DNA of 64,000 bases from Patescibacteria group bacterium (GTDB lineage Bacteria > Patescibacteriota > Microgenomatia > UBA8517): positions 3,151 to 67,150 of the forward strand of contig JBGSJG010000001.1 in the NCBI GenBank assembly GCA_041742135.1, given 5' to 3'. This document shows, one piece after another, positions 36,813 to 46,824 of the stretch; the first letter of the stretch is position 1, and every line of letters begins with the position of its first letter. The translations under genes and the position numbers were made by a program. The notes beneath the pieces were generated by a model, which made no database searches, was not told the DNA's origin, and saw nothing but the letters and a program-made list of their open reading frames with translations.

Positions 36813-37958
36813 ATGAAGAAAATTGTAGTTTTCTTGTTGGCTTTGCTTTTACTTTTTGTACCGACGGTTATCCGTGCGCAAGACGCGCCCCAGATTGACT
36901 TTTTTTACAGTGAAACATGCCCCCACTGCAGAGATGAACAAAAATTTTTGGACAACCTCGAGCGTGATTATCCCGAACTAATTATTAACCGCTACCCCGT
37001 CAAAGACTCAGTCGGCCGCGATCTGTTGGTGCAAAAAGCCAAAGAAATTGGCAACGAAGAAATCTTGGGTGTCGTGCCGATCACATTTGTTGGGAATAAA
37101 ATCTTTGTGGGCTACGACAACGAAAAAGGAATAGGGGCCAAAATCCGATCTGAAGTTGAGAGTTTCTATTCACCAGCAAACCCTCAACCAGAACTGGAAT
37201 CGGAGCTAAATGGCCCGATTGTGCCAATTTTGGGGGAAATCGACACTTCACGATACTCCTTGCCTATTTTGGCTGTGGTGCTTGGGTTTTTGGATGGCTT
37301 TAATGTATGTTCTCTGGGGGCCTTAGCCTTGATACTCGGTCTTGTAATCACACTTCATGAAAGAAAAAAGATTCTAATTTTCGGCGGCATTTTTATCTTT
37401 ACCACTGCACTAGTTTATGGGTTTTTGATTTTCTTCTGGCACAAGCTATTTGAACTCGTGTCCGGTTACAGCTTTATACTTGAACTTGGAATTGGTATCT
37501 TGGGCATAGTTGGTGGATATTATTTGTTTCGAGAATTTCTTGCCTGTCGCAAGGCAGGCCCCGCATGTAAGTTTGGTCAGATTCCTGTGGTTCGCAAAGT
37601 CTCGTCAACAGTACAGCGAGCTTTTAGTGACAAAGCAGACATGGCTCGTGTTCTTTTGGCAATCTTGGCATTTGCAGCTGTTATAACAATTGTCGAATTT
37701 CCTTGCTCCGCGGCAATTCCTGTGGTGTTTGCAGGTCTTCTAGCCGACGCTAACGTGGGTGCATTAGGATACTTGAGCCTTATCGCCATTTTCGTATTTT
37801 TCTACCTTTTAGATGAACTGGTAGTGTATATGATCGCAACAACCAAAATGACCATGTGGCTTGGTAACCCAAAATTTACTACTTGGGCTGTTTTGATTGA
37901 GTCCTTACTTCTTTTAGGAATTGGCACCTACTACCTTGCTTCACTTTTGGGTTTATAA
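36813..37958 (+). CDS. thioredoxin/glutaredoxin domain fused to a DsbD/CcdA-like transmembrane domain
   Basis: Signal peptide, CPHC, DGFNVC, VEFPCS, multiple TM helices. Confidence 0.8.
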   Translation: MKKIVVFLLALLLLFVPTVIRAQDAPQIDFFYSETCPHCRDEQKFLDNLERDYPELIINRYPVKDSVGRDLLVQKAKEIGNEEILGVVPITFVGNKIFVGYDNEKGIGAKIRSEVESFYSPANPQPELESELNGPIVPILGEIDTSRYSLPILAVVLGFLDGFNVCSLGALALILGLVITLHERKKILIFGGIFIFTTALVYGFLIFFWHKLFELVSGYSFILELGIGILGIVGGYYLFREFLACRKAGPACKFGQIPVVRKVSSTVQRAFSDKADMARVLLAILAFAAVITIVEFPCSAAIPVVFAGLLADANVGALGYLSLIAIFVFFYLLDELVVYMIATTKMTMWLGNPKFTTWAVLIESLLLLGIGTYYLASLLGL

Positions 37959-37960
37959 CC

Positions 37961-37996
37961 AAAAAATAACCCCCTTCAAGACGAAGAGGGCTATTT
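37961..37996 (-). terminator. intrinsic terminator of the small protein gene
   Basis: AAATAGCCCTCTTC-GTCTT-GAAGGGGGTTATTT followed by T-tract. Confidence 0.7.
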
Positions 37997-38012
37997 AAAA
38001 AACCAATTATTC

Positions 38013-38219
38013 TTAGACTTCAGGAGCACTAAGGCTATCCCAAACATCTTTGCTTACAAATTTTGTGAGTCTAGAACCGTCAACTTCAGCCTTAAGGGCG
38101 TATCTGACTTGAGTTCCACCATCTTTGGTAGGTCTCTCGTATTTGGTCTTTTTGACTTGTGAGCCGGAAACAGAAACTTTAGCTCTTTTCTTTACGTCGT
38201 AAAATTCAATATCGTTCAT
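38013..38219 (-). CDS. small basic protein, CC1/Cren7-like candidate nucleic-acid-binding protein
   Basis: Strong SD GGAGGTG, own terminator, IEFYDVKKR N-terminus. Confidence 0.7.
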   Translation of the reverse strand: MNDIEFYDVKKRAKVSVSGSQVKKTKYERPTKDGGTQVRYALKAEVDGSRLTKFVSKDVWDSLSAPEV

Positions 38220-38344
38220 CTTGTGACTCACCTCCTCTTGTAGCAGACTAAGGTTAAAATAGTCTACTTGGCCTCACCTTGTCAAGCACGAATTACCTCA
38301 AAAGTGTTTACTCGCACGTAAAGCTCGCATATAATGGCTATAAC

Positions 38345-38845
38345 ATGGCTTCCGCGAAAAAAGAGGAATTTGCTACTTACGTTCGAAATTTTATTTTTGG
38401 AGTAGAAGATAGCCTTGTTTCCACCGCAGGGCTTCTCTCGGGTGTTGCCGCTGCTGGGCTTCCCAGGCAAGAAGTTTTTTTGACTGGCATGGTGCTCATC
38501 TTCGTTGAGGCTTTCTCGATGGGAGTTGGCAGCTATTTATCTGAAGAATCCGCCGAAGAATATACTGGTACCAAAAAATCACTTTCAGTTAAGAGTGCAG
38601 CCATTATGTTTGTTTCTTATTTTGCGGCAGGGTTTGTGCCGTTGTCCCCATACCTGCTTTTTGAAGTCGAGTCAGCATTCGTTGTCTCTATTATCTTCTC
38701 TCTTGCGGCACTATTTGTTTTGGGATTTGTCAGTAGCATGATCTTCCATGATCGACGCACTTGGAAACATGCGATTCGGATGTTTGTCATTGGCGGCATG
38801 GCCATACTCGTGGGAATAATTGTAGGCCAAATTGTGAATGCTTAA
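38345..38845 (+). CDS. VIT1/CCC1 family Fe/Mn transporter
   Basis: RNFIFGVEDSLVS, EAFSMGVGSYLS, GFVPLSPY. Confidence 0.9.
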   Translation: MASAKKEEFATYVRNFIFGVEDSLVSTAGLLSGVAAAGLPRQEVFLTGMVLIFVEAFSMGVGSYLSEESAEEYTGTKKSLSVKSAAIMFVSYFAAGFVPLSPYLLFEVESAFVVSIIFSLAALFVLGFVSSMIFHDRRTWKHAIRMFVIGGMAILVGIIVGQIVNA

Positions 38846-40063
38846 TTACTCGTAACGAATTGCCTCGATCGGGGTTAAGCTTGCGGCTCGGCGAGCCGGG
38901 AAGACTCCAAAGAAAATTCCAATTGCCGAAGAAATTCCTATTGCAATAAGTACAGCCGCCATATCCAAACCAACCGGGAAGTAAGGCTTAACTATAACCA
39001 CAACAAGTGCAGCCAATAAAAGCCCAGAAATACCACCCAACAGAGAAAGCATGATGCTTTCAGCTAAAAACTGAAAAAGTATGTCTTTTTCGGTAGCACC
39101 AATTGCGCGCCTTATGCCAATTTCTTTGGTCCTCTCGGTTACGTTGGCATACATGATGTTCATGATTCCTATTCCGCCTACGACAAGAGAAATTGAACCA
39201 ATCGCCACAAGCACAATGTTTATAACACCAAATATTTGATTGATCGCGTTAACTAGCTCCGTCTGCTTGACCACGGAAAATTCATCGTCCTCATAACGCC
39301 TTTGTAGTACTTCCTCAGCATCTTCTTTAACACGATCCACGTCTTCTTCGTTGGTAACACCTATGTAGAGCTCCTGAAACTCGCGGTCTGGGTTAAGATT
39401 CGAATATGTAGTGGTATAGGGCATATAAACTCCTTCGTCAAAGCTAGGTCCGCCAAAGCCACCTCCACCTTTTTCTTCTAAAACACCTATCACCCTGTAT
39501 CTTTGGTTGGAAAAGCGAACGTTTTGGCCTACCGCAGAATTAATATCACTAAAAAGGTTTGTGGCAAGCTTATTGCCCAATACCACCACTTTGGATTTTT
39601 TGCCGACGTCAGAATCGCTAAAAACATCGCCAATTTCAGCTTCGAGGCTAAGTGCCGCAAAAACGTCCGCCGAGCCCGCAAAAATGGTGGCACTTTCACT
39701 CTCGGCTCCCTGCTCTACCGTCACAGAGTTACTGTAAAGTGGAATAATATATTCAACTCCCTCAAGCCCTCTTTCCAAGCTACTTACATCTCTATCGTCA
39801 AAACTACCCATAAAAGCATCTGGGCTAAAGCCTTCAAAGCTTCCGTCCTCACCCAGAACGTTGCCAGGGACGACAAACAAAAGATTACTTCCCAAGCTTT
39901 CAAATTGGCCTTCTATGTAATTTCGAAGCCCGATGCCAATGGCAATTAAAATAACTACAGAAAAAACTCCGATCATAATTCCAAGAGAAGTTAAAAAGGT
40001 ACGGACCTTGCTTCGCTCGAAATCTTTCAGTGCTGTTTTAATTTGAAAAACGTAGTAATTCAT
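38846..40063 (-). CDS. MacB-like ABC transporter permease
   Basis: LTSLGIMIGV, GGIGIMNIM..VTERTKEIGIRRAIGA, PIEAIRYE. Confidence 0.93.
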   Translation of the reverse strand: MNYYVFQIKTALKDFERSKVRTFLTSLGIMIGVFSVVILIAIGIGLRNYIEGQFESLGSNLLFVVPGNVLGEDGSFEGFSPDAFMGSFDDRDVSSLERGLEGVEYIIPLYSNSVTVEQGAESESATIFAGSADVFAALSLEAEIGDVFSDSDVGKKSKVVVLGNKLATNLFSDINSAVGQNVRFSNQRYRVIGVLEEKGGGGFGGPSFDEGVYMPYTTTYSNLNPDREFQELYIGVTNEEDVDRVKEDAEEVLQRRYEDDEFSVVKQTELVNAINQIFGVINIVLVAIGSISLVVGGIGIMNIMYANVTERTKEIGIRRAIGATEKDILFQFLAESIMLSLLGGISGLLLAALVVVIVKPYFPVGLDMAAVLIAIGISSAIGIFFGVFPARRAASLTPIEAIRYE

Positions 40064-40065
40064 TT

Positions 40066-40740
40066 TTAGTATTTATTAACAATTTGTCCGTCGCGAACAA
40101 AAATTTGTCGGTCCGTTTTTTGAGCCACCGACTTGTCATGGGTCACAACAATTACAGTGACACCAAGATCATGATTTAGGGTCCCCAGAAGTTTTAAAAT
40201 TTCGTCCCCCGTTGCCGTGTCCAAGTTGCCCGTTGGCTCGTCCGCAAGAACAATGTCTGGCTTCATCACAAGCGCGCGGGCAATCGCCACTCTTTGCTGC
40301 TGTCCTCCCGAGAGCTTATTGGGAAAGCTTTTTGCTTTGTCCGCAATTCCAAATTTTTCCAAAAGCTCTAGTGCGTATTTTGCGACATCAAAATCAAGCT
40401 TTTCTTTTGAGTATTGTGTGGGCAAGAGAACATTTTCTAAAACAGAAAGTTTTTGGATTAAATTAAATTGCTGAAAGACAAAGCCAATATAGTTTCCTCG
40501 AAGTTTACTAATTTGGGCATCGCTCAAGTCTTTGGTATCTTTGCCTGAAATTACAATTATGCCGCTAGTAGGCTTGTCCAGAAGTCCAATGATGTGCATC
40601 AAGGTCGACTTGCCCGAGCCAGAAGTACCCAAAATACCAACATATTCTTTATCCTTAATGGTGAGGCTTACGTCCCTTAATGCGTAAAAATCGCCATCCG
40701 CAACCTTGTAGACTTTGTCAATGTTTTTGACGGTGATCAT
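40066..40740 (-). CDS. ABC transporter ATP-binding protein (LolD/MacB-like)
   Basis: [30 protein letters not shown]. Confidence 0.95.
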   Translation of the reverse strand: MITVKNIDKVYKVADGDFYALRDVSLTIKDKEYVGILGTSGSGKSTLMHIIGLLDKPTSGIIVISGKDTKDLSDAQISKLRGNYIGFVFQQFNLIQKLSVLENVLLPTQYSKEKLDFDVAKYALELLEKFGIADKAKSFPNKLSGGQQQRVAIARALVMKPDIVLADEPTGNLDTATGDEILKLLGTLNHDLGVTVIVVTHDKSVAQKTDRQIFVRDGQIVNKY

Positions 40741-40745
40741 GCATT

Positions 40746-41756
40746 TTAATAGTAAATTTTCTCGCCCTCTGAGATATCGGTAACTTCAATACTATCCTCA
40801 CCTTCCAAGCCTACTTGAACGTATTTTTTATCTTTACCTGCATTTACTAATAAATATTTCCCATCTTTGTCGCTTTTGACAAATTTTGAAGGCACATACA
40901 AAACGTCTTCTTTAGAAGAAAGCACAAAGGTTGCATCTCCGGTCATCCCAACTTTTAGCTTTTGCGCAAAGCCTGTACTGTTTAGTGAAAGGCGAATTGG
41001 GTAAACCGTTCCGCTCTCAGCGGGATTGGGGGCTGCCGAAACGGATGTAATGACCCCTTCAAATTCTTCGTCTTCAAACGCATCCAGAGCCAAAGTAGCC
41101 GTATCCCCAGCCTTAAAGTCATTAACCTCTGTCTGGTCAGCATTAACCAAAAAGTAAATAGTCGAAGGATTTACGACAACCACTTGAGGAGCCCCAGCCG
41201 TAATATTTACACCAGAAGACTCGGTATTTAATACCGCAACCACTCCATCAAATGGAGCAACTAACGTAGCATTTCTCAAGTCCTTTTGAGCGGCCACGAA
41301 AGCTTCGTAAGCTTTGTCTTTTGCGGTTTCTGCTGCAGTTCGCGTGTTTTTTTCTTCAAATGACTCGTCGCTATCATTGCCTTTCACTTCATCGTGTACC
41401 TGCGCCAAATTGGCTTCAGCAGCACGAAGGTTTGCCTGAGCCACTTGGAAAGCAGAATTAAGGACCGTCGTATCAAGCTTTATTAAAGCCTGGCCCTTTT
41501 CAACAGTGTCTCCCACTTTTACTCCCACCCAAGAAATCGTTCCGGAAGAATTAAACTGAAGCGAAGCGTAATCAGTCGCTTTTATCTCTCCTGTAAGAAC
41601 AAGAGTCTCCTCGACCGTTCCGCGCATGACTTCTGATTCTTCAAATGTTTCGCCATTACCGCGTGAGCGAAAGATAAAAAAGCCCACAGCAACAATTACC
41701 AAAATAATTGCAATTAATCTTTTTCGCCGCAATAAACCAGAAAATCGAGCTTTCAT
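40746..41756 (-). CDS. efflux periplasmic adaptor (MacA/HlyD-like)
   Basis: VKVGDTVEKGQ, LVAPFDGVV, LKVGMT; start moved to MKARF. Confidence 0.9.
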   Translation of the reverse strand: MKARFSGLLRRKRLIAIILVIVAVGFFIFRSRGNGETFEESEVMRGTVEETLVLTGEIKATDYASLQFNSSGTISWVGVKVGDTVEKGQALIKLDTTVLNSAFQVAQANLRAAEANLAQVHDEVKGNDSDESFEEKNTRTAAETAKDKAYEAFVAAQKDLRNATLVAPFDGVVAVLNTESSGVNITAGAPQVVVVNPSTIYFLVNADQTEVNDFKAGDTATLALDAFEDEEFEGVITSVSAAPNPAESGTVYPIRLSLNSTGFAQKLKVGMTGDATFVLSSKEDVLYVPSKFVKSDKDGKYLLVNAGKDKKYVQVGLEGEDSIEVTDISEGEKIYY

Positions 41757-41814
41757 AGAATATAAGTATTGTACAACAATATGGCTTTTTTTGCAGTGTG
41801 AGTTAAACTTAAAC

Positions 41815-42675
41815 ATGGCAGAAGACCCCGATCCCAGAACAGATATAACAGATGCAGTTGCAAGAGCCAGACAAGATGTAATGGACAAACATGGTTGGGA
41901 CGGGTTAACCGAAGAACAAATTACAACTCAAGTAGAAGCCCATCCTGCAGTTATCGCGCAAAGAGAAAAGGATAAAATAGAGGGATACAGGAGAAAAGTA
42001 GGTGAAGCATTTGATACAGCACTAGATACAAGCCATGATGCACTAAATCAAAGGGTTATCGTTGATATGCAAAAACTAGAGAATGATGTTGAAGCAATTG
42101 ATCTAGAGACACAAGTTAAGGGTACAGTACCAAATGGGCCTGGAATTGTGACAACCGAACGAAATAAAGATTTTGAAATGCTTCTCGGTATTGTAATGAG
42201 TGAAAAACAAAGAAGAGAGGCCATCCCTTGGGACGACTGGGTAAGAATTCCACGAAGAAGTGAAGGCCGTGAGGAAAAAAGCCTTCGCACGATCCACTAC
42301 GAATATCACGACCGAATACTCCACCACGAACCCCAGCATGCAGAAGCATACAAGGGTAAGATAACCGATCCGAAAACCGGTGAGCCTGTAGACGATGAAG
42401 TCGGTATAGTTTTTGGGTTTCAAGTAGTCAAACCACAGAGTGGCAATCGATTTGACATCGTCCCATTCACTACCTACAACGGCCAAGTTCGCCTTCACGA
42501 CCTAATTGAGGCAACGGCGGCTCCAGAAGATTTGTCCAGAGCTGACAGGCGAGTTCTAGAGTTGCACGAAAGAAGATTGAAAAATGCAGGATTGATGCTT
42601 TCTGGGGAATCAATATTTAATCCCAACGACAGGGAAAGAATGTACGAAAGAAAAAGCCGCAATCATAATCGCTAA
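41815..42675 (+). CDS. orphan hypothetical protein
   Basis: Long charged ORF; ATG lies just after TAAACT. Confidence 0.7.
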   Translation: MAEDPDPRTDITDAVARARQDVMDKHGWDGLTEEQITTQVEAHPAVIAQREKDKIEGYRRKVGEAFDTALDTSHDALNQRVIVDMQKLENDVEAIDLETQVKGTVPNGPGIVTTERNKDFEMLLGIVMSEKQRREAIPWDDWVRIPRRSEGREEKSLRTIHYEYHDRILHHEPQHAEAYKGKITDPKTGEPVDDEVGIVFGFQVVKPQSGNRFDIVPFTTYNGQVRLHDLIEATAAPEDLSRADRRVLELHERRLKNAGLMLSGESIFNPNDRERMYERKSRNHNR

Positions 42676-42692
42676 GATAATTACTTGGAAAA

Positions 42693-42968
42693 TTAGTCGG
42701 TAGAAAATAGGTCCACCGTATGAATAAAGGATTCTAAATCTTTGATATTTAAGTCACGTATTATTTCAGCAATAAACCTATCTGGATCCACCCCATCTAG
42801 CAAAGCAGCTTCAAGACAATGCTGGCATGTCTCTGCTGCAAAATAAGCAACTGCTACATCAGCTTTATCCAAAGTAAAGGGAATATCCGGCGTGCGTAAA
42901 AAGTCATTGCGACGTTGATCAACAATTTGTACTATTTCTCTGAAAGATGTCAGGAATTCTCCAGACAT
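42693..42968 (-). CDS. small hypothetical protein
   Basis: 91-aa ORF directly after rpsI, containing CQHC. Confidence 0.55.
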   Translation of the reverse strand: MSGEFLTSFREIVQIVDQRRNDFLRTPDIPFTLDKADVAVAYFAAETCQHCLEAALLDGVDPDRFIAEIIRDLNIKDLESFIHTVDLFSTD

Positions 42969-42973
42969 AATTC

Positions 42974-43384
42974 TTAACGCTTTGGAGACTGCTTTTGTTT
43001 GCGAGCTTTTCCACCAGTACCCACCATTCTTCGCTCTTTTTCGCGGGCATCACGAGTCAAAAGTCCTGCGGCTTTAATTACAGTTCTATGTTTTTTAACG
43101 TCAACTGCCACAACTGCTCTAGAAATGCCATGGACCAAAGCATCTATTTGGCCGTTTTTGCCGCCGCCTTCTACTTTTGCAGTAAAGTAATACTTACCCA
43201 AAAGCCCGACCAGCTCAAAAGGCTTCTGCCAAGAAAGCATGTTCACCTTTCCTGGAAAATACTTGCCAACAAGATCACCATTTACCATGTTTTCTTCATT
43301 GCCTTTATGAAGGCGAACACGAGCAGTCGCTGATTTTCTGCGGCCGATTGCAAATATATAATCTTTTTTTGTTTTTTTAGCCAT
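42974..43384 (-). CDS. rpsI: 30S ribosomal protein S9
   Basis: GRRKSATARV, LLTRDAREKER, QSPKR. Confidence 0.97.
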   Translation of the reverse strand: MAKKTKKDYIFAIGRRKSATARVRLHKGNEENMVNGDLVGKYFPGKVNMLSWQKPFELVGLLGKYYFTAKVEGGGKNGQIDALVHGISRAVVAVDVKKHRTVIKAAGLLTRDAREKERRMVGTGGKARKQKQSPKR

Positions 43385-43389
43385 TTTAT

Positions 43390-43770
43390 TTATGCTTTTA
43401 CAGTCAAACGCCTCATGCGTGGAGACTGCAACCTGTTTTTAGGTAACATGCGAGAAACTGCCAACTCAATAACTTTAGTAGGGGCTTCCTTCAAAAGCTT
43501 ACTAACCGCAACTTCTTTAAAGCCTCCCGGATAATTTGAATGCTTCTGGTAAACCTTTTGGGATATCTTTTTACCTGTCAAGACAATTTTTGCTGCATTT
43601 AAGACCGTTACAGTATCCCCCATATCCATGTGAGGGGTATAGGTTGGCTTATGCTTACCCATCAGTAGGATCGCAACACGCGATGCCAAGCGACCCAGAG
43701 TCTCACCTGAGGCATCAATTGTGTGATCTTCTCTTTTAATCTGTTTTTCCTTTATTTGAAACGTTTTCAT
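43390..43770 (-). CDS. rplM: 50S ribosomal protein L13
   Basis: LGRLAS, GKHKPTYTPH, MLPKNRL. Confidence 0.97.
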   Translation of the reverse strand: MKTFQIKEKQIKREDHTIDASGETLGRLASRVAILLMGKHKPTYTPHMDMGDTVTVLNAAKIVLTGKKISQKVYQKHSNYPGGFKEVAVSKLLKEAPTKVIELAVSRMLPKNRLQSPRMRRLTVKA

Positions 43771-44146
43771 CATTTGTAACTTTTGCTGCGACCTCTACCC
43801 AGCTTATACTAACCATCGGCGCAGCATCTCCTTTTCTTGGGCCCAGTGAGCTCCAAGTAGTAAAGCCAGAATTACGGCTTTTTGCAAGTGCTTGGTATTT
43901 AGTAAACAACAATTCTGTTGCATCTTTGTCGTTACCTAAACGAGCCAGCACTTCCCGTCTCGCGACTATCGAGCTGTCGCGAGACAAGTTTATAAGCTTG
44001 TCCAGCTCGCCAACCACTGCCTGAGCCTTTGCCTTGGTAGTTTTTATGCTACCTTTGACAATCATAGACTTCATGAGTGCACGAAAAAGCGCTGTTCTGG
44101 ACCTGCGATTCCGGCTTAACTGTTTTCCAAAAACCTTCTTACGCAT
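43736..44146 (-). CDS. rplQ: 50S ribosomal protein L17
   Basis: IKTTKAKA, RNSGFT, RKGDAAPM. Confidence 0.93.
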   Translation of the reverse strand: MRKKVFGKQLSRNRRSRTALFRALMKSMIVKGSIKTTKAKAQAVVGELDKLINLSRDSSIVARREVLARLGNDKDATELLFTKYQALAKSRNSGFTTWSSLGPRKGDAAPMVSISWVEVAAKVTNDENVSNKGKTD

Positions 44147-45053
44147 TTTTTAGCTGCACTCCCTTCTCGGCCAAAGCTTTATTGACTATGTCGATTGATT
44201 TTTCTCCAAGGTTTCTTACCTTTACAAGCTCTTCTCTCGGGGCGTTGACGAGTCTTTCGACTGTATCAAAACCTGCTTTAGTCAATGCATTTGCTACACG
44301 AGTGGGAAGGCCAATCTCTTCAACTGAAAGCTTGCCTGCCGCACCTAGTGTGCTTTCAGTAACTTCATGAGCTACTTCAGCCACTTTTTTCGGAGTTACG
44401 ATTTGCTCAAAATATGAAAGCAAAATCTTTGCCGACTCTGTTAGTGCGTCGCTTGGGGTCATAGTACCATCTGTCCAAACTTCTAGAATAAGTTTGTTGT
44501 AGTTGGTAACTCGCCCAACTCTGGTTTCTTCAACCTTAAAGTTAACTCGCTCTACTGGTGAAAAACTGGCATCAAGAGGAATTGAATCAACTCTCTCTTT
44601 TTCGCGATCTTCAGATGAAGAATAGCCGATTCCAGTTTCAACAGTCATCTCTGCGCTAAGGCTTGCTCCATCAGCCAAGTTTGCTAAAACCAAATCAGGA
44701 TTAGCAACGCGGACTCCAGAAGGAGTTACCAAATCAGCAGCTTTAACTTCTCCAGCTTTTTTGACTGAAAGTGTAACTTTAACAGCATCAGTTCCTTTAT
44801 ATTCAAATCTAACGCGCTTTAAGTTCAAAAGAAAGTCCAAAACGTCTTCTTTCATTCCTTTGAGAGTAGAGAATTGATGCTTAACCCCACCAATGCGAAC
44901 ACTTGTGATGGCTGCACCCTTGAGACTCGAGAGCATTACTCGCCTTAAGGAGTTTCCCACGGTCTCACCGTATCCTGCTCCCAAAGGAGTAATTTCAAAT
45001 TTAGAATGATTATCTTTGTTTTCTTTTTCTGTTATTTCAAAAATTGGGTCCAT
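44139..45053 (-). CDS. rpoA: RNA polymerase subunit alpha
   Basis: GNSLRRVMLSS, DASFSPV, RNLGEKS; SD GGAGGT upstream. Confidence 0.97.
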   Translation of the reverse strand: MDPIFEITEKENKDNHSKFEITPLGAGYGETVGNSLRRVMLSSLKGAAITSVRIGGVKHQFSTLKGMKEDVLDFLLNLKRVRFEYKGTDAVKVTLSVKKAGEVKAADLVTPSGVRVANPDLVLANLADGASLSAEMTVETGIGYSSSEDREKERVDSIPLDASFSPVERVNFKVEETRVGRVTNYNKLILEVWTDGTMTPSDALTESAKILLSYFEQIVTPKKVAEVAHEVTESTLGAAGKLSVEEIGLPTRVANALTKAGFDTVERLVNAPREELVKVRNLGEKSIDIVNKALAEKGVQLKNA

Positions 45054-45108
45054 AAACATCACCTCCTATATAAAATTGTCGATAAATACGGAAACATCAT
45101 AGTATACA

Positions 45109-45711
45109 TTATCTTGAATAGAACTCAATAATATCTTGATCCTCAATTGGCTCTGTTACGTCTTCACGAATCGGCCTTCGAACAACCTTGCCTGCTCCAC
45201 CTTTGCGCTTAAGCCAGCTAGGCAGTTCAATTTCCTTAGATTTAAGTAGCTCAGATACTTTCGGAATTTTAAGAGCCTTGGTTGTAAGTGCAATCGCGTC
45301 TTCCGCTCGTACACTGTATGAGGGGATATTCACGCGCACTCCATTAACCATGATGTGTCTGTGGCTAACCATTTGCCTTGCCTGAGTGCGGCTTGCGGCG
45401 AAACCAAGCCTGTAGATGGTGTTGTCGAGCCTGCTTTCTAAAAGTTCAAAAAGTTTGCTTTTGGTGTTGCCTTTGCTCTTGAAAGCTTGTGTCATGTAGC
45501 GAGCAAATTGCTTTTCGGTCAAGCCGTACATTCTTTTAACTTTCTGTTTTTCGCGGAGCTGACGACCATATTGAGAGCCACGGCCGCGAGTACCTTTTGG
45601 TCCGTGTACCCCAGGTGGAAGTGTCAAACGAGTAAGCTTTGCACCTTTGCCAAAAAGGTCAAAACCTTCGCGCCTACTTAATTTGTCTTTTGGTCCTGTA
45701 TATCTTGCCAT
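45109..45711 (-). CDS. rpsD: 30S ribosomal protein S4
   Basis: MARYTGP, QLREKQK, LESRLDN, IEFYSR. Confidence 0.97.
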   Translation of the reverse strand: MARYTGPKDKLSRREGFDLFGKGAKLTRLTLPPGVHGPKGTRGRGSQYGRQLREKQKVKRMYGLTEKQFARYMTQAFKSKGNTKSKLFELLESRLDNTIYRLGFAASRTQARQMVSHRHIMVNGVRVNIPSYSVRAEDAIALTTKALKIPKVSELLKSKEIELPSWLKRKGGAGKVVRRPIREDVTEPIEDQDIIEFYSR

Positions 45712-45717
45712 ACTCCC

Positions 45718-46077
45718 TTATGCTCTCCTCTTCTTTTTCGGCCTCGGCCCGTCGTGCGGCATTGGTGTTACATCAGCAATCAAACTTATCTTGACTCCAA
45801 CTGCCTTGATCGCACGAAGTGCTGCGTCTCGCCCCGGCCCTGGCCCTTTGATATAAACTTCTACTTCTTTTAAGCCATCCTCTTTTGCTTTTTTAATTAC
45901 TTTCTCCACAGCCGAGGTAGCGGCAAACGGTGTAGCTTTTCTGGTGCCTTTAAAGCCAACGTTTCCAGCTGAAGCCCATCCGAGCGTGTTTCCACCCTCA
46001 TCAGTCAGGGTCACAATTGTATTGTTAAAACTTGCCGATACGTATACTTTGCCGTTTGCTTCTTTTTTAGTTGCCAT
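45718..46077 (-). CDS. rpsK: 30S ribosomal protein S11
   Basis: ASFNNT, KATPFAA, GPGPGR, DVTPMPH. Confidence 0.97.
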   Translation of the reverse strand: MATKKEANGKVYVSASFNNTIVTLTDEGGNTLGWASAGNVGFKGTRKATPFAATSAVEKVIKKAKEDGLKEVEVYIKGPGPGRDAALRAIKAVGVKISLIADVTPMPHDGPRPKKKRRA

Positions 46078-46080
46078 AGT

Positions 46081-46482
46081 TTATTTTGATGCCTCCGGTT
46101 TTGCTTTAGCCGCCAACTCATCTTTTCTAAATGCACCGACGGTCTTTCTTTTACCTCGTTTTGTTCTGGCATTAGATTTGGTTCTCTGCCCACGAGCAGG
46201 AAGACCACGAGAATGCCGAAGTCCGCGGTAACTATTAATCTCTTTGAGTCGTTGAATGTTTTCGCGAATTTGCCTTACCAAGTCTCCTTCGGTTACGAAG
46301 TTTTCCAAAGCTGCTGTGATTTTTGAAATGTCCTCGGTGCTTAATTCGTTAACTCTTTTGCTTGAGGCAACACCTGACGCCTTAAGTGCTTCTTGAGACT
46401 TTACCCAGCCAATGCCCTTTATTCGGGTCAAAGCCCAATCTATTTTTGCGTTATCTGGTAATTCTATTCCTGCTACTCTCAT
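46081..46482 (-). CDS. rpsM: 30S ribosomal protein S13
   Basis: RVAGI, YRGLRH, RGQRTKSNART. Confidence 0.97.
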   Translation of the reverse strand: MRVAGIELPDNAKIDWALTRIKGIGWVKSQEALKASGVASSKRVNELSTEDISKITAALENFVTEGDLVRQIRENIQRLKEINSYRGLRHSRGLPARGQRTKSNARTKRGKRKTVGAFRKDELAAKAKPEASK

Positions 46483-46483
46483 A

Positions 46484-46597
46484 TTAACCTTGTCTTTGTT
46501 TGTGCTTTGGATTTTTGCAAATTACAAAAAGCACACCTTTTCGGCGAACTAACTTACAATCTTTACAAATTTTTTTAATTGACGATCTTACTTTCAT
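46484..46597 (-). CDS. rpmJ: 50S ribosomal protein L36 (not in the ORF track)
   Basis: Manual translation [37 protein letters not shown]. Confidence 0.97.
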   Translation of the reverse strand: MKVRSSIKKICKDCKLVRRKGVLFVICKNPKHKQRQG

Positions 46598-46603
46598 ATA
46601 TTT

Positions 46604-46822
46604 TTAATAAGCCTTGGCTACAATCCTGCCGCGAGAATCATCGTACGGCGTCATTTCTACCTTAATTCTCTGCCCCGGCATAAGCCTCATAAAACCTCTT
46701 CTCATCTTTCCGGATGGAACGCCAATAATTTCTCGCTCCCCCTCGACTTTGACTCTAAACATCGTGTTAGGCAAAATCTGCAAAATTTCTCCCTCAATAA
46801 TAGTGTTTTTCTTGTTATCCAT
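46604..46822 (-). CDS. infA: translation initiation factor IF-1
   Basis: LPNTMFRV, SGKMR, VEMTPYD..RGRI. Confidence 0.96.
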   Translation of the reverse strand: MDNKKNTIIEGEILQILPNTMFRVKVEGEREIIGVPSGKMRRGFMRLMPGQRIKVEMTPYDDSRGRIVAKAY

Positions 46823-46824
46823 TG

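Noticed and set aside
41626-41888. long apparent head-to-head overlap of ORFs 40746-41888 and 41626-42675 (similarly 5023-5157)
   Set aside because: The overlap disappears when starts are moved to the promoter-supported ATGs (41756/41815; 5061/5113).
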